DNA of 64,000 bases from Rickettsiales bacterium. Its GTDB lineage: Bacteria > Pseudomonadota > Alphaproteobacteria > Rickettsiales > UBA8987. Both the position numbers and the translations under genes were made by a program. How positions within the stretch are numbered: position 1 is the stretch's first letter; each line of letters begins with the position of its first letter. The notes beneath the pieces were generated by a model, which made no database searches, was not told where the DNA came from, and saw only the letters and a program-made list of their open reading frames with translations. Positions 21,334 to 30,010 of the stretch are shown one piece after another. The stretch lies in NCBI GenBank assembly GCA_020630095.1, contig JAHDCD010000004.1, positions 13,580 through 77,579 on the forward strand, given 5' to 3'.

Positions 21334-22381
21334 TCGCAAATAGGATGGCGATTATCCAGAAACGGATAACGACAGTTGGTTCATTCCAACCTTTCTTTTC
21401 AAAGTGATGATGAATAGGTGCCATTAAGAATATGCGCTTACCCGTTAACCTAAAATATCCGATTTGTAAAATTACTGATATAGTTTCAATTACGAATAGT
21501 CCACCGATAATGGCCCATACAAATTCGTGACGCGTTACGACACTCATTGAGCCTAACATTGCACCTAGTGATAGCGAGCCAGTATCGCCCATGAATACGT
21601 GCGCTGGTGGTGCGTTATACCATAGGAAGCCTAGGCCAGCGCCGCCAACTGCCGCGCATAAAATAGCAAGTTCGCCAGTTCCTTGTATGAAATTGATTTT
21701 TAAATAATCAGCGAAGTTTGCGTTACCTACTAAGTAGCAAATTAGTGCAAAGCATGAAGCTGATATCATAATAGGAACGATGGCTAAGCCGTCCAAGCCA
21801 TCGGTAAAGTTTACCGCGTTTGATGAGCCCACAATTACGAATGATGCGAATACTAGGTAGAAAAGTCCTAAATCTATATAGAAGCTTTTTGTGTATGGAA
21901 TGTAAACTCTACCGCCAGCATCTGAGATATTATAAATTAAGTATGCGCCGATTAATGCGATAAATAATTGCCCTAAAAATTTCTTACGAGAACTTATACC
22001 AGCAGAGCTATTTTTCTTTAGCTTTGCGTAGTCATCTATAAAGCCTAGTAAGCCGAAAAGTAAGGTAGAGCCTAGAACTATCCATACGAATTTATTGGAT
22101 AGGTCTGCCCAAAGTAGCGTAGAGATTGTGATAGAGATTAGTATCATTAAGCCGCCCATTGTTGGCGTGCCTTTCTTTAATAAATGCGTTTCAGGGCCAC
22201 AATCGCGGATAGGTTGCCCCTCTGCTTGGATGGTTTTAAACCAGCGGATCATGCGGGGGCTAATAAGGAATGATATTATTAATGCGGTAATCAATGCTGC
22301 GCCAGAACGCGTTGTTAAGTAACTAAATACGTTAAATGCACTTATGTTTTCTGATAGGCCTTGGAATAAATGATACAGCAT
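21302..22381 (-). CDS. mraY: phospho-N-acetylmuramoyl-pentapeptide transferase
   Basis: Contains [10 protein letters not shown]...[34 protein letters not shown] and HHHFE motifs. Confidence 0.95.
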   Translation of the reverse strand: MLYHLFQGLSENISAFNVFSYLTTRSGAALITALIISFLISPRMIRWFKTIQAEGQPIRDCGPETHLLKKGTPTMGGLMILISITISTLLWADLSNKFVWIVLGSTLLFGLLGFIDDYAKLKKNSSAGISSRKKFLGQLFIALIGAYLIYNISDAGGRVYIPYTKSFYIDLGLFYLVFASFVIVGSSNAVNFTDGLDGLAIVPIMISASCFALICYLVGNANFADYLKINFIQGTGELAILCAAVGGAGLGFLWYNAPPAHVFMGDTGSLSLGAMLGSMSVVTRHEFVWAIIGGLFVIETISVILQIGYFRLTGKRIFLMAPIHHHFEKKGWNEPTVVIRFWIIAILFAIIGLSSLKLR

Positions 22382-22423
22382 AGGAGTTGTGTAATAATTT
22401 TACTTAGTTTAGTAAACTTAAAT

Positions 22424-23326
22424 ATGACTGAATTGAAGGATACATTCATAAAAATGATGCTTGGGCAGCTTTCTGATGCAGAAATGGAGGAGGTTTTACT
22501 TTCTACAGAGATTACAGCACAAAATGTAATTGCCGCGCGTGAAGGAATATTGGAGGTATCTAAGGATAATCTACCTAGCATTTCTAATGAATTGCGTGAG
22601 CGAACTATTGATGTTTGTGGTACTGGTGGCGATGGCTTAAACACGCTTAATATATCTACCGCGGTGGCATTTGTGCTTGCGGGTTGTGGTATTAAAGTTG
22701 CCAAACATGGGAATAAAGGGGTTTCATCTAAAAGTGGCTCATCCGATGTTTTGCAGGAGCTTGGAATAAATGTCCTTTCAGATAATTATTTGGATGCCCT
22801 GCAAGATGATGAGTGCAATATATGCTTTTTATTTGCACCGAAATTTTATCCTGCGATGAAAAATGTTGCACCTGTGCGTGCTAAGCTTGGTAGACGTACA
22901 ATATTTAATGTGCTTGGACCGCTGTTGAATCCGCTAAAAGTTAAGCATCAGATAATTGGCGTTTATGATAAGGCGCTTATTGAGCCGTTATCTGAAGCGT
23001 TTAGTGATAAGTTATTTATTCACTCTGAAGATGGCATGGATGAGGCTTCAATATTTGCCGATACTCATACCTCAAAAGGATTGAAAAATACAAAAATTGA
23101 AGGGCATGAACTAAAAGAAATTATAGGCGGTAATGCAAAGCATAACTCGACAGAGCTTGAAAAACTATTAAAAGGTAAAGGTGATAATGAAGCCTATAAG
23201 CAAATGGTTATTTTAAATGCTCAAATAGCAATTAATTATATGGGACTTAATAAATCAGCTAAAGAATCGCTTGAATCTGGGAAGGCATATAGGTCTTTAG
23301 AAAAGCTTAGACAAATTTGCACTTAA
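22424..23326 (+). CDS. anthranilate phosphoribosyltransferase family protein (short, 300 aa)
   Basis: Contains VCGTGGDGLNTLNIST and KHGNKGVSSKSGSSDVLQELG TrpD-type motifs. The start was set at MTELKD (22424). Confidence 0.7.
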   Translation: MTELKDTFIKMMLGQLSDAEMEEVLLSTEITAQNVIAAREGILEVSKDNLPSISNELRERTIDVCGTGGDGLNTLNISTAVAFVLAGCGIKVAKHGNKGVSSKSGSSDVLQELGINVLSDNYLDALQDDECNICFLFAPKFYPAMKNVAPVRAKLGRRTIFNVLGPLLNPLKVKHQIIGVYDKALIEPLSEAFSDKLFIHSEDGMDEASIFADTHTSKGLKNTKIEGHELKEIIGGNAKHNSTELEKLLKGKGDNEAYKQMVILNAQIAINYMGLNKSAKESLESGKAYRSLEKLRQICT

Positions 23327-23364
23327 AGGTTGATAATTTTTAGAGTCTAGCTAACTATGAGTTT

Positions 23365-23964
23365 ATGCTAGGTAAGCGTTTAATAAAAGTGGCTATGATT
23401 GCCATGTTGTCAATTTCTTTGAGTTCGTGTTATTTAATCACGACCTCTAAACCCTCAAACATAGATCATATATGTACGATATTTAAGGAGCGTCCGCATT
23501 GGCAACGCGCAGTATTTAAGGCATCTAATCGCTGGAATGTGCCTGTGCCGATGATAATGTCTATCATTTATCAAGAAAGTTCGTTTAGGCGCTACGCACA
23601 GCCTACTCAATATTTATTGCTTGGTAGTATTCCTATGCTTGGCTCGTCTGGCGCGCTAGGCTTTTCTCAGGCGATTGGTATAACGTGGAAGGAATATGTT
23701 TCTGAAACTTCAAATGACTTTGCAATGCGTACATCTTTTGATGATTCAGTAGATTTCATTGGGTGGTACGTTGATAAATCTGCTAGGCTAATAGATATTG
23801 CACGTACTGATGCGTTTGGTCATTACCTTGCTTACCACGAAGGACGTACAGGCTATAAGCGTAAAACTTATAATTCAAAGTCTAAGAAATGGCTGTTAGG
23901 CGCAGCTAAAAAAGTGCGCAACAGAACTGCAAACTATAAAAAACAATTATTGGATTGTTATTAA
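23365..23964 (+). CDS. lipoprotein with SLT/transglycosylase-like motif
   Basis: The signal peptide has a lipobox (LSLSSC). SIIYQESSFRRYA resembles the SLT catalytic ES motif. Confidence 0.5.
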   Translation: MLGKRLIKVAMIAMLSISLSSCYLITTSKPSNIDHICTIFKERPHWQRAVFKASNRWNVPVPMIMSIIYQESSFRRYAQPTQYLLLGSIPMLGSSGALGFSQAIGITWKEYVSETSNDFAMRTSFDDSVDFIGWYVDKSARLIDIARTDAFGHYLAYHEGRTGYKRKTYNSKSKKWLLGAAKKVRNRTANYKKQLLDCY

Positions 23965-23992
23965 CTTTCTATTAACCTTATTAGACTAGAAT
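23961..23992 (+). promoter_or_regulatory. CtrA-type box TTAAC-N6-TTAAC + N10 + TAGAAT, 9 nt before the ATG at 24002
   Basis: Reads TTAACtttctaTTAACcttattagacTAGAATcataaatatATG. Confidence 0.55.
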
Positions 23993-24001
23993 CATAAATA
24001 T

Positions 24002-24973
24002 ATGATCTTAGATAATAAATTGTTACATAAGTTATCATCATCGCTTCAAATTTTAACATCTATCTTTGGTTTTAAAGATTACCCTAACTTTAAACATTTA
24101 TTAGATTTTTCTAGAGAGCCTATTAATAATACAAGATCATTAGTAGCATTTATGAGGGTTTTATCCAGTGAGCTTGATGATAAAATAGATACACAGCCAC
24201 CTGAGGTAATATCTAATTTAGGTACGGCTAAATTAGGGTGTTATGAAGAGTGTGAGTTTCTAGAGTCTTTATTAGATGAAGACTCTAGAGTTAAATTGTA
24301 CGGATTATCAAAAAACGATATATTATCTAAAGAGGCTATAAGAGGATTCTCAAATTTATTGTCTGCTCTTGTTGTAGAGCAATCCGACTTGCAATTAATT
24401 GAATCTCCTACCCCTTCGGATAGAAAGGCTTTAATTTCAATCCATCATGATATATCTATTGCCTGCCTAGCTTTCACCCTGCAAATAGTTAATCCAGTTA
24501 AAATAACCGAAGAGACAAAGCTTGACATGGGTTTTATTAAAGAAAACTACAGAAACGTAGCTCTTCTTGGTAAGAATATGCAGGTTATCGATGATTTACA
24601 TGATTTTATAATTGATCTGTATGAAGAGTCTACTACAGGAGTTACAAAGCAAAACTCTGCCTTAGTAAATGCATACCTAAAATGCGGAGAGGATGAGGAT
24701 CAAATGTCTCAATTAAAAGAAAAAATTAATGCTACCGCAGAAACCTTTAAAAGAGAAGGTCATATAGATTTCAATAAGCTGCCAAGTAAATTACAGGATG
24801 CCTATAATAGTACATTGGGTAATTTAAGAGAAGATATCAATAAGATGCCAGTAGCATATAGACTTATTATCTCACCTATTTTAAAGGATCTTGAGAGAGG
24901 CCTTTTAGCAAACAATAAGAACTCATCATTTATTAATGGAGTAGCGGTTTCGGTTGCAAACTCTATAACTTAA
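24002..24973 (+). CDS. hypothetical protein (323 aa) with two DDxxD motifs about 138 residues apart (isoprenoid-synthase-like?)
   Basis: LSSELDDKID spans residues 59-63, and GKNMQVIDDLHDF (residues 197-201) resembles the G..FQ..DD..D second Asp-rich motif of trans-prenyl synthases. Confidence 0.5.
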   Translation: MILDNKLLHKLSSSLQILTSIFGFKDYPNFKHLLDFSREPINNTRSLVAFMRVLSSELDDKIDTQPPEVISNLGTAKLGCYEECEFLESLLDEDSRVKLYGLSKNDILSKEAIRGFSNLLSALVVEQSDLQLIESPTPSDRKALISIHHDISIACLAFTLQIVNPVKITEETKLDMGFIKENYRNVALLGKNMQVIDDLHDFIIDLYEESTTGVTKQNSALVNAYLKCGEDEDQMSQLKEKINATAETFKREGHIDFNKLPSKLQDAYNSTLGNLREDINKMPVAYRLIISPILKDLERGLLANNKNSSFINGVAVSVANSIT

Positions 24974-25317
24974 GCTGATTCAGCAGGAGGGTTAGCAGTA
25001 ATACCTTTTTGTTTTAGGAACGCTGGCCACTCGCCATTTTCGTACATTTCGTACATTATGTCACCACCGCCAATGAACTCACCTTTAATGTAAAGCTGAG
25101 GAATAGTAGGCCAGTCAGAAAACTCTTTAACACCTGCCCAAATTTCTTGGTCGTCGAATACATTTACAGATTCAAAATCTACACCAACATTTTGTAAAAT
25201 ACCTGAAGCACGTGCAGAGAATCCGCATGAAGGCATATGTTTTGAGCCTTTCATGAATAAAACTACATCGTTTGAATCTATTAATCCTTTAATCTTTTCT
25301 CTTATTTCTCTTTCCAT
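24970..25317 (-). CDS. grxD: monothiol glutaredoxin (Grx4 family)
   Basis: Contains VVLFMKGSKHMPSCGFS and WPTIPQLYIKGEFIGGGDI. Confidence 0.92.
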   Translation of the reverse strand: MEREIREKIKGLIDSNDVVLFMKGSKHMPSCGFSARASGILQNVGVDFESVNVFDDQEIWAGVKEFSDWPTIPQLYIKGEFIGGGDIMYEMYENGEWPAFLKQKGITANPPAESA

Positions 25318-25410
25318 AATATAATAATAAGGTTGGGGTTTGAGTTGGAGTTTGAGATAAGTTTATTCTGAAATAAAAATACCCAAACACTAACTCAAAC
25401 ACTAACGAGC

Positions 25411-25938
25411 TTAATCTTTATTTCTAAAACTATCTAATGAAATTACATTATTCTTATAACCACCTTCAGGAACTTCTTCGCCCTCAGGGTTTGCTGTATT
25501 GCCATCTAGCATATGCTCTAATTCTTCTATAGCTTGCTCAAGCGCTTCAACATCTGCATCCGTTTGTGCATCTGAAGTTAGATTATCAATATTACTAAAC
25601 TGAATACCAAACTTCATTGAAGGGTCTACAAATGAAGTAAGTGAATTAAATGGCACAGTTAAATGGTGCTTTACTCCGTTAAATGAAAGTGCTATAGAAA
25701 ATTTCTGCTCATCAACGCGCAAGTCCCAATATTGATGTTGCATAACGATGGTCATCTCATGCGGGTATTTTTCCATTAAAACTTCGCCGATATCCACCCC
25801 TGCATGGCGAGTGTTAAATGTAATGAAAAAATGATGCGCACCTTGTAGCCCATCTTTCTCAATTTGCTTTAGTGTCTTCTTGACTACGCCTTGCATTGCT
25901 TCATCTATAAGCGCACTGTAATTGATATATTCTGTCAT
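25411..25938 (-). CDS. sspB: ClpXP adaptor SspB (alphaproteobacterial type)
   Basis: HHFFITFNTRHAGV...YPHEMTIVMQHQYWDLRVDEQKFSIALSFNG...VPFNSLTSFVDPSMKFGIQF matches the SspB-alpha pattern from memory. The C-terminal tail is acidic. Confidence 0.8.
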   Translation of the reverse strand: MTEYINYSALIDEAMQGVVKKTLKQIEKDGLQGAHHFFITFNTRHAGVDIGEVLMEKYPHEMTIVMQHQYWDLRVDEQKFSIALSFNGVKHHLTVPFNSLTSFVDPSMKFGIQFSNIDNLTSDAQTDADVEALEQAIEELEHMLDGNTANPEGEEVPEGGYKNNVISLDSFRNKD

Positions 25939-25996
25939 CTGTTACTAATTTAGTATGCCATGATTATGATTACAAGGGGAAATGGCGTTTAATTTG

Positions 25997-26028
25997 TTAA
26001 CTTTATATTAACACCAAGCTTATATTAT
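25997..26028 (+). promoter_or_regulatory. CtrA-type box TTAAC-N6-TTAAC + N10 + TATTAT, 7 nt before the ATG at 26036
   Basis: Reads gTTAACtttataTTAACaccaagcttaTATTATatagctaATG. Confidence 0.55.
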
Positions 26029-26035
26029 ATAGCTA

Positions 26036-26392
26036 ATGGCTAATATTAAAAATAACTATCCCAGCTTTTATAACTTGGTTGAAGCTATTTTATTTAGTTC
26101 TTATCAAGAAGGCGATGAAGAACTTCAAGGATCTGGTGAGGTTGTACAGTTTATTGAAAACTACTGGAGTCTTAATCATGTATATTATCATGAGCCGTTA
26201 AAGAATATTAGAGAATCATGGGAAAAACCATTTAATAGTGATTCTATACCTATTGAAATAAATGTTGAAAGCTGGCTAAAACTAGTTGCATTCCCAACTT
26301 TGTTTTTAAATGGTGAATTAAGTGAATTTGATGATCCTGATAATGATATTAACATCTCGATAGCACTGCTAGAAGCTAGCAGTTTTTTTTAA
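26036..26392 (+). CDS. hypothetical protein, upstream part of a gene split at a T8A7 tract
   Basis: The 118-codon ORF ends in ...agtTTTTTTTTAAAAAAAgtt. The -1 frame stays open to 27105. Confidence 0.5.
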   Translation: MANIKNNYPSFYNLVEAILFSSYQEGDEELQGSGEVVQFIENYWSLNHVYYHEPLKNIRESWEKPFNSDSIPIEINVESWLKLVAFPTLFLNGELSEFDDPDNDINISIALLEASSFF

Positions 26393-27105
26393 AAAAAGTT
26401 TTTGAAACTGGGGCTACAAATGAGGCCATTTCTGAGATATTACAATCTAACTTCTCAGAGTTAGTAGAAAATATCCCTGATAGAGCGCTTACTATAGCTT
26501 ATGATAGAGAGGATAGACGAAGCGTTTCTAGGCGAATCAAATTTGGACTATCCCATGGAAACTCAGATGACTCAATTGTAGATGGGCATAATACCGTAGA
26601 GAAAATGGACTATGAGCGACATACAGAAATCACTGAGTTTATATATGAACGATACCCTAATGTTTCTAAGGATATAGATGCTATAGTTGAAAGCCTTCTT
26701 GATTATCCGGGGTATATTGGGAAAGACTTCTCAAGTCATGGACCTGAAGAATTATTAGAGGAAGCCTTAATGCTACATTTTGCAACAGATGGCGATCAAA
26801 CTAAGCTACCTTTTTTATTTAATCATTCACAGATAACACATACTAAACCAAAATTAGAAAGTTTAGATCTTGCTTTATATGACTTATTTGAAAACTTTAT
26901 GGCGATTACAAAGACCGATGTAATTGCAATTATTTCTCAAATAAGCCTATTAGGAATTGAACAAGACTTTGGTGATATACCAAGTATTCCTATAGATATT
27001 GATTCTATTGATTTTTCAAAAGAAAGTGAACCTAAGCCAGTTGTTCAAGATATAACAAAATACGATGCTATCGCTGAATATCTTGGTAAACAGCAAGGCG
27101 GGTAA
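26380..27105 (+). CDS. hypothetical protein, downstream part (open from 26380; first ATG at 26605)
   Basis: The frame is open for 75 codons upstream of the annotated ATG with no start codon. It would fuse to 26036-26392 by a -1 shift in the homopolymer tract. Confidence 0.45.
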   Translation, partial: QFFLKKVFETGATNEAISEILQSNFSELVENIPDRALTIAYDREDRRSVSRRIKFGLSHGNSDDSIVDGHNTVEKMDYERHTEITEFIYERYPNVSKDIDAIVESLLDYPGYIGKDFSSHGPEELLEEALMLHFATDGDQTKLPFLFNHSQITHTKPKLESLDLALYDLFENFMAITKTDVIAIISQISLLGIEQDFGDIPSIPIDIDSIDFSKESEPKPVVQDITKYDAIAEYLGKQQGG

Positions 27106-27109
27106 TAAG

Positions 27110-28585
27110 CTACTGTAATCTTTGGAATATACCTTGAGGTTTTTCGATTTTTTTATCAGGCGTAATAGAATACTCGCCGTGTAAGAAATCTTTCATTTTA
27201 TTAGCACCTTCAGGAACAAAAGGCTCAAGCATTGCAAACGCTTTTACCGCATAGTTAGCGATAATATAAAGGTAAGCCATCGCATCTTCAGGGTTTTCTT
27301 TCATTACCACCCAAGGGGCAATGCTATCAAACTTTTCATTAAGGAAAGATGTATATTTAGTGATGCTTTCAAGCGAGCTTGAGAAGGCATAATTATTCAT
27401 ATTCTCAGTATAAGATTCAACGGCCTGTTTATGCTGAGCATCAAGTTCCGCTTGTAACTCGTTAAATATATCACCCGTTGCAGGTGTAATATTGTCCTGC
27501 TGTTTAAATATCATAGAGATTGAGCGTTGTGCAAGGTTACCGATATTATTAGCAAGTTCAGTGTTAACGCGCTGGGCAAGGTTATCTGCCGAAAAGTTAC
27601 CATCATTACCAAATGGCACTTCGCGAAGTAGGAAATAGCGGGTATAGTCTATGCCGTATTTTTCAATTAGCTCATCTGGGGAAATTACATTACCAATAGA
27701 TTTACTCATCTTCTCGCCCTCAATCATCCACCAGCCATGGGCAATTATTTTCTCAGGCACTTTAATATTAGCCCCCATAAGGAAAGCTGGCCAATATACC
27801 GCGTGGAAGCGGATAATATCTTTACCTACTACATGATGAACTTCGCCTTTATTCCAGTGGTCGGAATCTTGGTCGGCGGTAAGGTAGTTACATAAAGCGT
27901 CTATCCATACATACATAACATGGTCGGGGTCGTTAGGTACTGGCACTCCCCAGTCAAAAGTTGTGCGGGAAATAGACAAATCTTTTAAGCCACCTTCAAC
28001 GAATGAAATAACTTCATTAAAACGTGCTTGAGGTTGAATAAAATCTGGATTCTCTTTGAAGAATTTAAGTAGAGGCTCTTGGAACTCTGACAATTTAAAG
28101 AAATAGCTTTCTTCCTTCACCCATTCAACTTCTGCACCCGTTGGGGCTTTGCCATCTATAAGTTCAGATTCTTGATAATAAGCTTCATCACGAACGGAAT
28201 ACCACCCCTCGTAAGCGCCTTTATATATGTAGCCGTAGCTCTCTAACTTTTTCCAAAACTCTTGCGCATATTCCTTATGACGCGGTTCGGTGGTTCTAAT
28301 AAAATCGTCATTAGTGATATTTAATTTATTCTCGCCAGTATTTACAAGGTCACGGAAGTTTTGTGAGAATTTATCGCACTGAGCTTGCGGAGTAACACCA
28401 GCCGCTGTTGCAGATTTATCTACCTTTTGCCCGTGTTCATCCGTTCCTGTTAAGAACTTAACATCAAAACCTTGCGCACGTTTAAAGCGTGCCATAACAT
28501 CTGCGGCGATGGTGGTATACGCATGCCCTATATGAGGCTTATCATTAACGTAGTAAATTGGTGTAGTGATGTAAAAATGTTCCAT
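27110..28585 (-). CDS. metG: methionyl-tRNA synthetase
   Basis: Contains MEHFYITTPIYYVNDKPHIGHAYTT (HIGH) and the KMSKS motif. The start was set at the ATG (28585), two codons inside the track TTG start. Confidence 0.95.
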   Translation of the reverse strand: MEHFYITTPIYYVNDKPHIGHAYTTIAADVMARFKRAQGFDVKFLTGTDEHGQKVDKSATAAGVTPQAQCDKFSQNFRDLVNTGENKLNITNDDFIRTTEPRHKEYAQEFWKKLESYGYIYKGAYEGWYSVRDEAYYQESELIDGKAPTGAEVEWVKEESYFFKLSEFQEPLLKFFKENPDFIQPQARFNEVISFVEGGLKDLSISRTTFDWGVPVPNDPDHVMYVWIDALCNYLTADQDSDHWNKGEVHHVVGKDIIRFHAVYWPAFLMGANIKVPEKIIAHGWWMIEGEKMSKSIGNVISPDELIEKYGIDYTRYFLLREVPFGNDGNFSADNLAQRVNTELANNIGNLAQRSISMIFKQQDNITPATGDIFNELQAELDAQHKQAVESYTENMNNYAFSSSLESITKYTSFLNEKFDSIAPWVVMKENPEDAMAYLYIIANYAVKAFAMLEPFVPEGANKMKDFLHGEYSITPDKKIEKPQGIFQRLQ

Positions 28586-28619
28586 TTTCAAGGGTAAAAG
28601 GGTAAAAGAAATGATAGGG

Positions 28620-28939
28620 TTAGCTGTTTAATTTAGCTATCATAGAGTTTAGCATTTTTTCTACTTCTAAAGCTAATTCTGTAATTTTTGTTATTTGTTG
28701 TTCTTTTATAATTTCAATTTCTAAACATATATCTAATTGAGTATTAAGTTCAAATAAAGAGCCACGAGCTATAACTAAAAATTTTAAGAAATCCTTTTTA
28801 CCACTTCTTCCTTTTCCTTCAGCTATATTTGAGGGGATAAAGTTTCATTTTTAGGGAAGGACTTAGTTAACCTATAAATCTCGCCTGCTAGCTTTATGGA
28901 TTTCTGCCAGACTATAAGGTCTTTATAATAAATATTCAC
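28620..28939 (-). pseudogene. four-helix-bundle protein (23S rRNA intervening-sequence protein family), frameshifted/internally deleted, flanked by GGGTAAAAG inverted repeats
   Basis: My minus-strand translation gives (GTG)NIYYKDLIVWQKSIKLAGEIYRLTKSFPKNETLSPQI* followed, in another frame, by IAEGKGRRSGKKDFLKFLVIARGSLFELNTQLDICLEIEII...KLNS*. GGGTAAAAG lies at 28592-28608 (x2), and its complement lies at 28939-28947 and 28964-28972. Confidence 0.7.
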
Positions 28940-28983
28940 TTTTACCCTTTTCTACCTTTTGGGCTTTTACCCTATTAAATTTG

Positions 28984-29460
28984 TTATACGAATTTAATAT
29001 CCAGAATTTCGTATTCATGGGCGCCGTTGGGAGTGTTAATTGTAACATCATCCTCAACCTCTTTACCAATAAGGCCACGTGCGATAGGGGTAGTTAAAGC
29101 AATTTTGCCATTTTCAAGGTCAGATTCTGCTTCGCCAACAATTTGGTAAATCACTTCTTTGTTAGTATCTATATTAAGCAACGTTACTGTTGTGCCAAAC
29201 ACTACACGATCCGTGTTAGACATAGCAGATACATCAATAATTTCTGCATGGGCAATTACGCCTTCAATCTCAGCTATGCGACCTTCAATGAAACCTTGCT
29301 TCTCACGCGCTGAATGATATTCCGCATTCTCCTTTAAATCGCCATGTTCACGGGCATCCGCAATTTGTTCAATAATAGCGGGGCGGTCAACTTTCTTTAA
29401 TTGGTCAAGTTCAACTTCTAAAGCCTCAAAACCGGTTTTTGTTATTGGTAATTTTTCCAT
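28984..29460 (-). CDS. greA: transcription elongation factor GreA
   Basis: Contains [22 protein letters not shown]...[20 protein letters not shown]. Confidence 0.95.
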   Translation of the reverse strand: MEKLPITKTGFEALEVELDQLKKVDRPAIIEQIADAREHGDLKENAEYHSAREKQGFIEGRIAEIEGVIAHAEIIDVSAMSNTDRVVFGTTVTLLNIDTNKEVIYQIVGEAESDLENGKIALTTPIARGLIGKEVEDDVTINTPNGAHEYEILDIKFV

Positions 29461-29520
29461 AATAATTTTTCTTATTTTAGCGCCTTCCGACTATATAGGC
29501 TGATTGTAATATTAGTCAAT

Positions 29521-29592
29521 TGTCATCCCCGCGAAGGCTGGGATCTTATAAAACAGACCTATCAAAAGATTTCCGCCTTCGCGGGAATGACA
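29521..29592. repeat. second copy of the ~70 bp TGTCAT...ATGACA palindromic element (inverted relative to 5671-5739)
   Basis: Reads tgtcatccccgcgaaggctgggatc...gatttccgccttcgcgggaatgaca. It lies in the divergent greA / 29615 intergenic region. Confidence 0.8.
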
Positions 29593-29614
29593 AGAGGTAG
29601 GCTTTATATAAAAA

Positions 29615-29995
29615 ATGGAAAAGGAAAATAGCAATACATACTTAGATGAAACCTTTGAGAAATTCTTAAATGATTCGAACCCTAAAAGCTTCAAAATGAT
29701 GCTTAAAAATACCTCTGATTTACTAATTTTATTACTAAAAGAGCTAAAATTAAGCGTAAAAAATACAAAAAATGGCGAGTTTTTTGAAGAAAATAGCCAT
29801 ATTTTTGACATTTTTTACAAGTTTTCACCGTCATTATTTAAGCTTTTATCTATTCAAATGCGCTTATGTGAAACGAATTTTAAAAATATAAAAAGCGAGC
29901 AACTTACTGATATAGATGATATTTTTAATGAATCTGACGCAGATGATATAATTAGCTTCTTAGTTAATCGATACAACGAAAAAGGGGATAAATAA
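29615..29995 (+). CDS. hypothetical protein (126 aa) immediately upstream of the terminase gene
   Basis: ORF only. Its position would suit a small terminase subunit or partner, but I see no supporting motif. Confidence 0.4.
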   Translation: MEKENSNTYLDETFEKFLNDSNPKSFKMMLKNTSDLLILLLKELKLSVKNTKNGEFFEENSHIFDIFYKFSPSLFKLLSIQMRLCETNFKNIKSEQLTDIDDIFNESDADDIISFLVNRYNEKGDK

Positions 29996-30010
29996 TTTTT
30001 TCTGAGATTT

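Noticed and set aside
22342-22704. 120 aa minus-strand ORF across the mraY/trpD-like divergent region
   Set aside because: It is antisense to the trpD-like gene and overlaps the mraY start. It has no motif.
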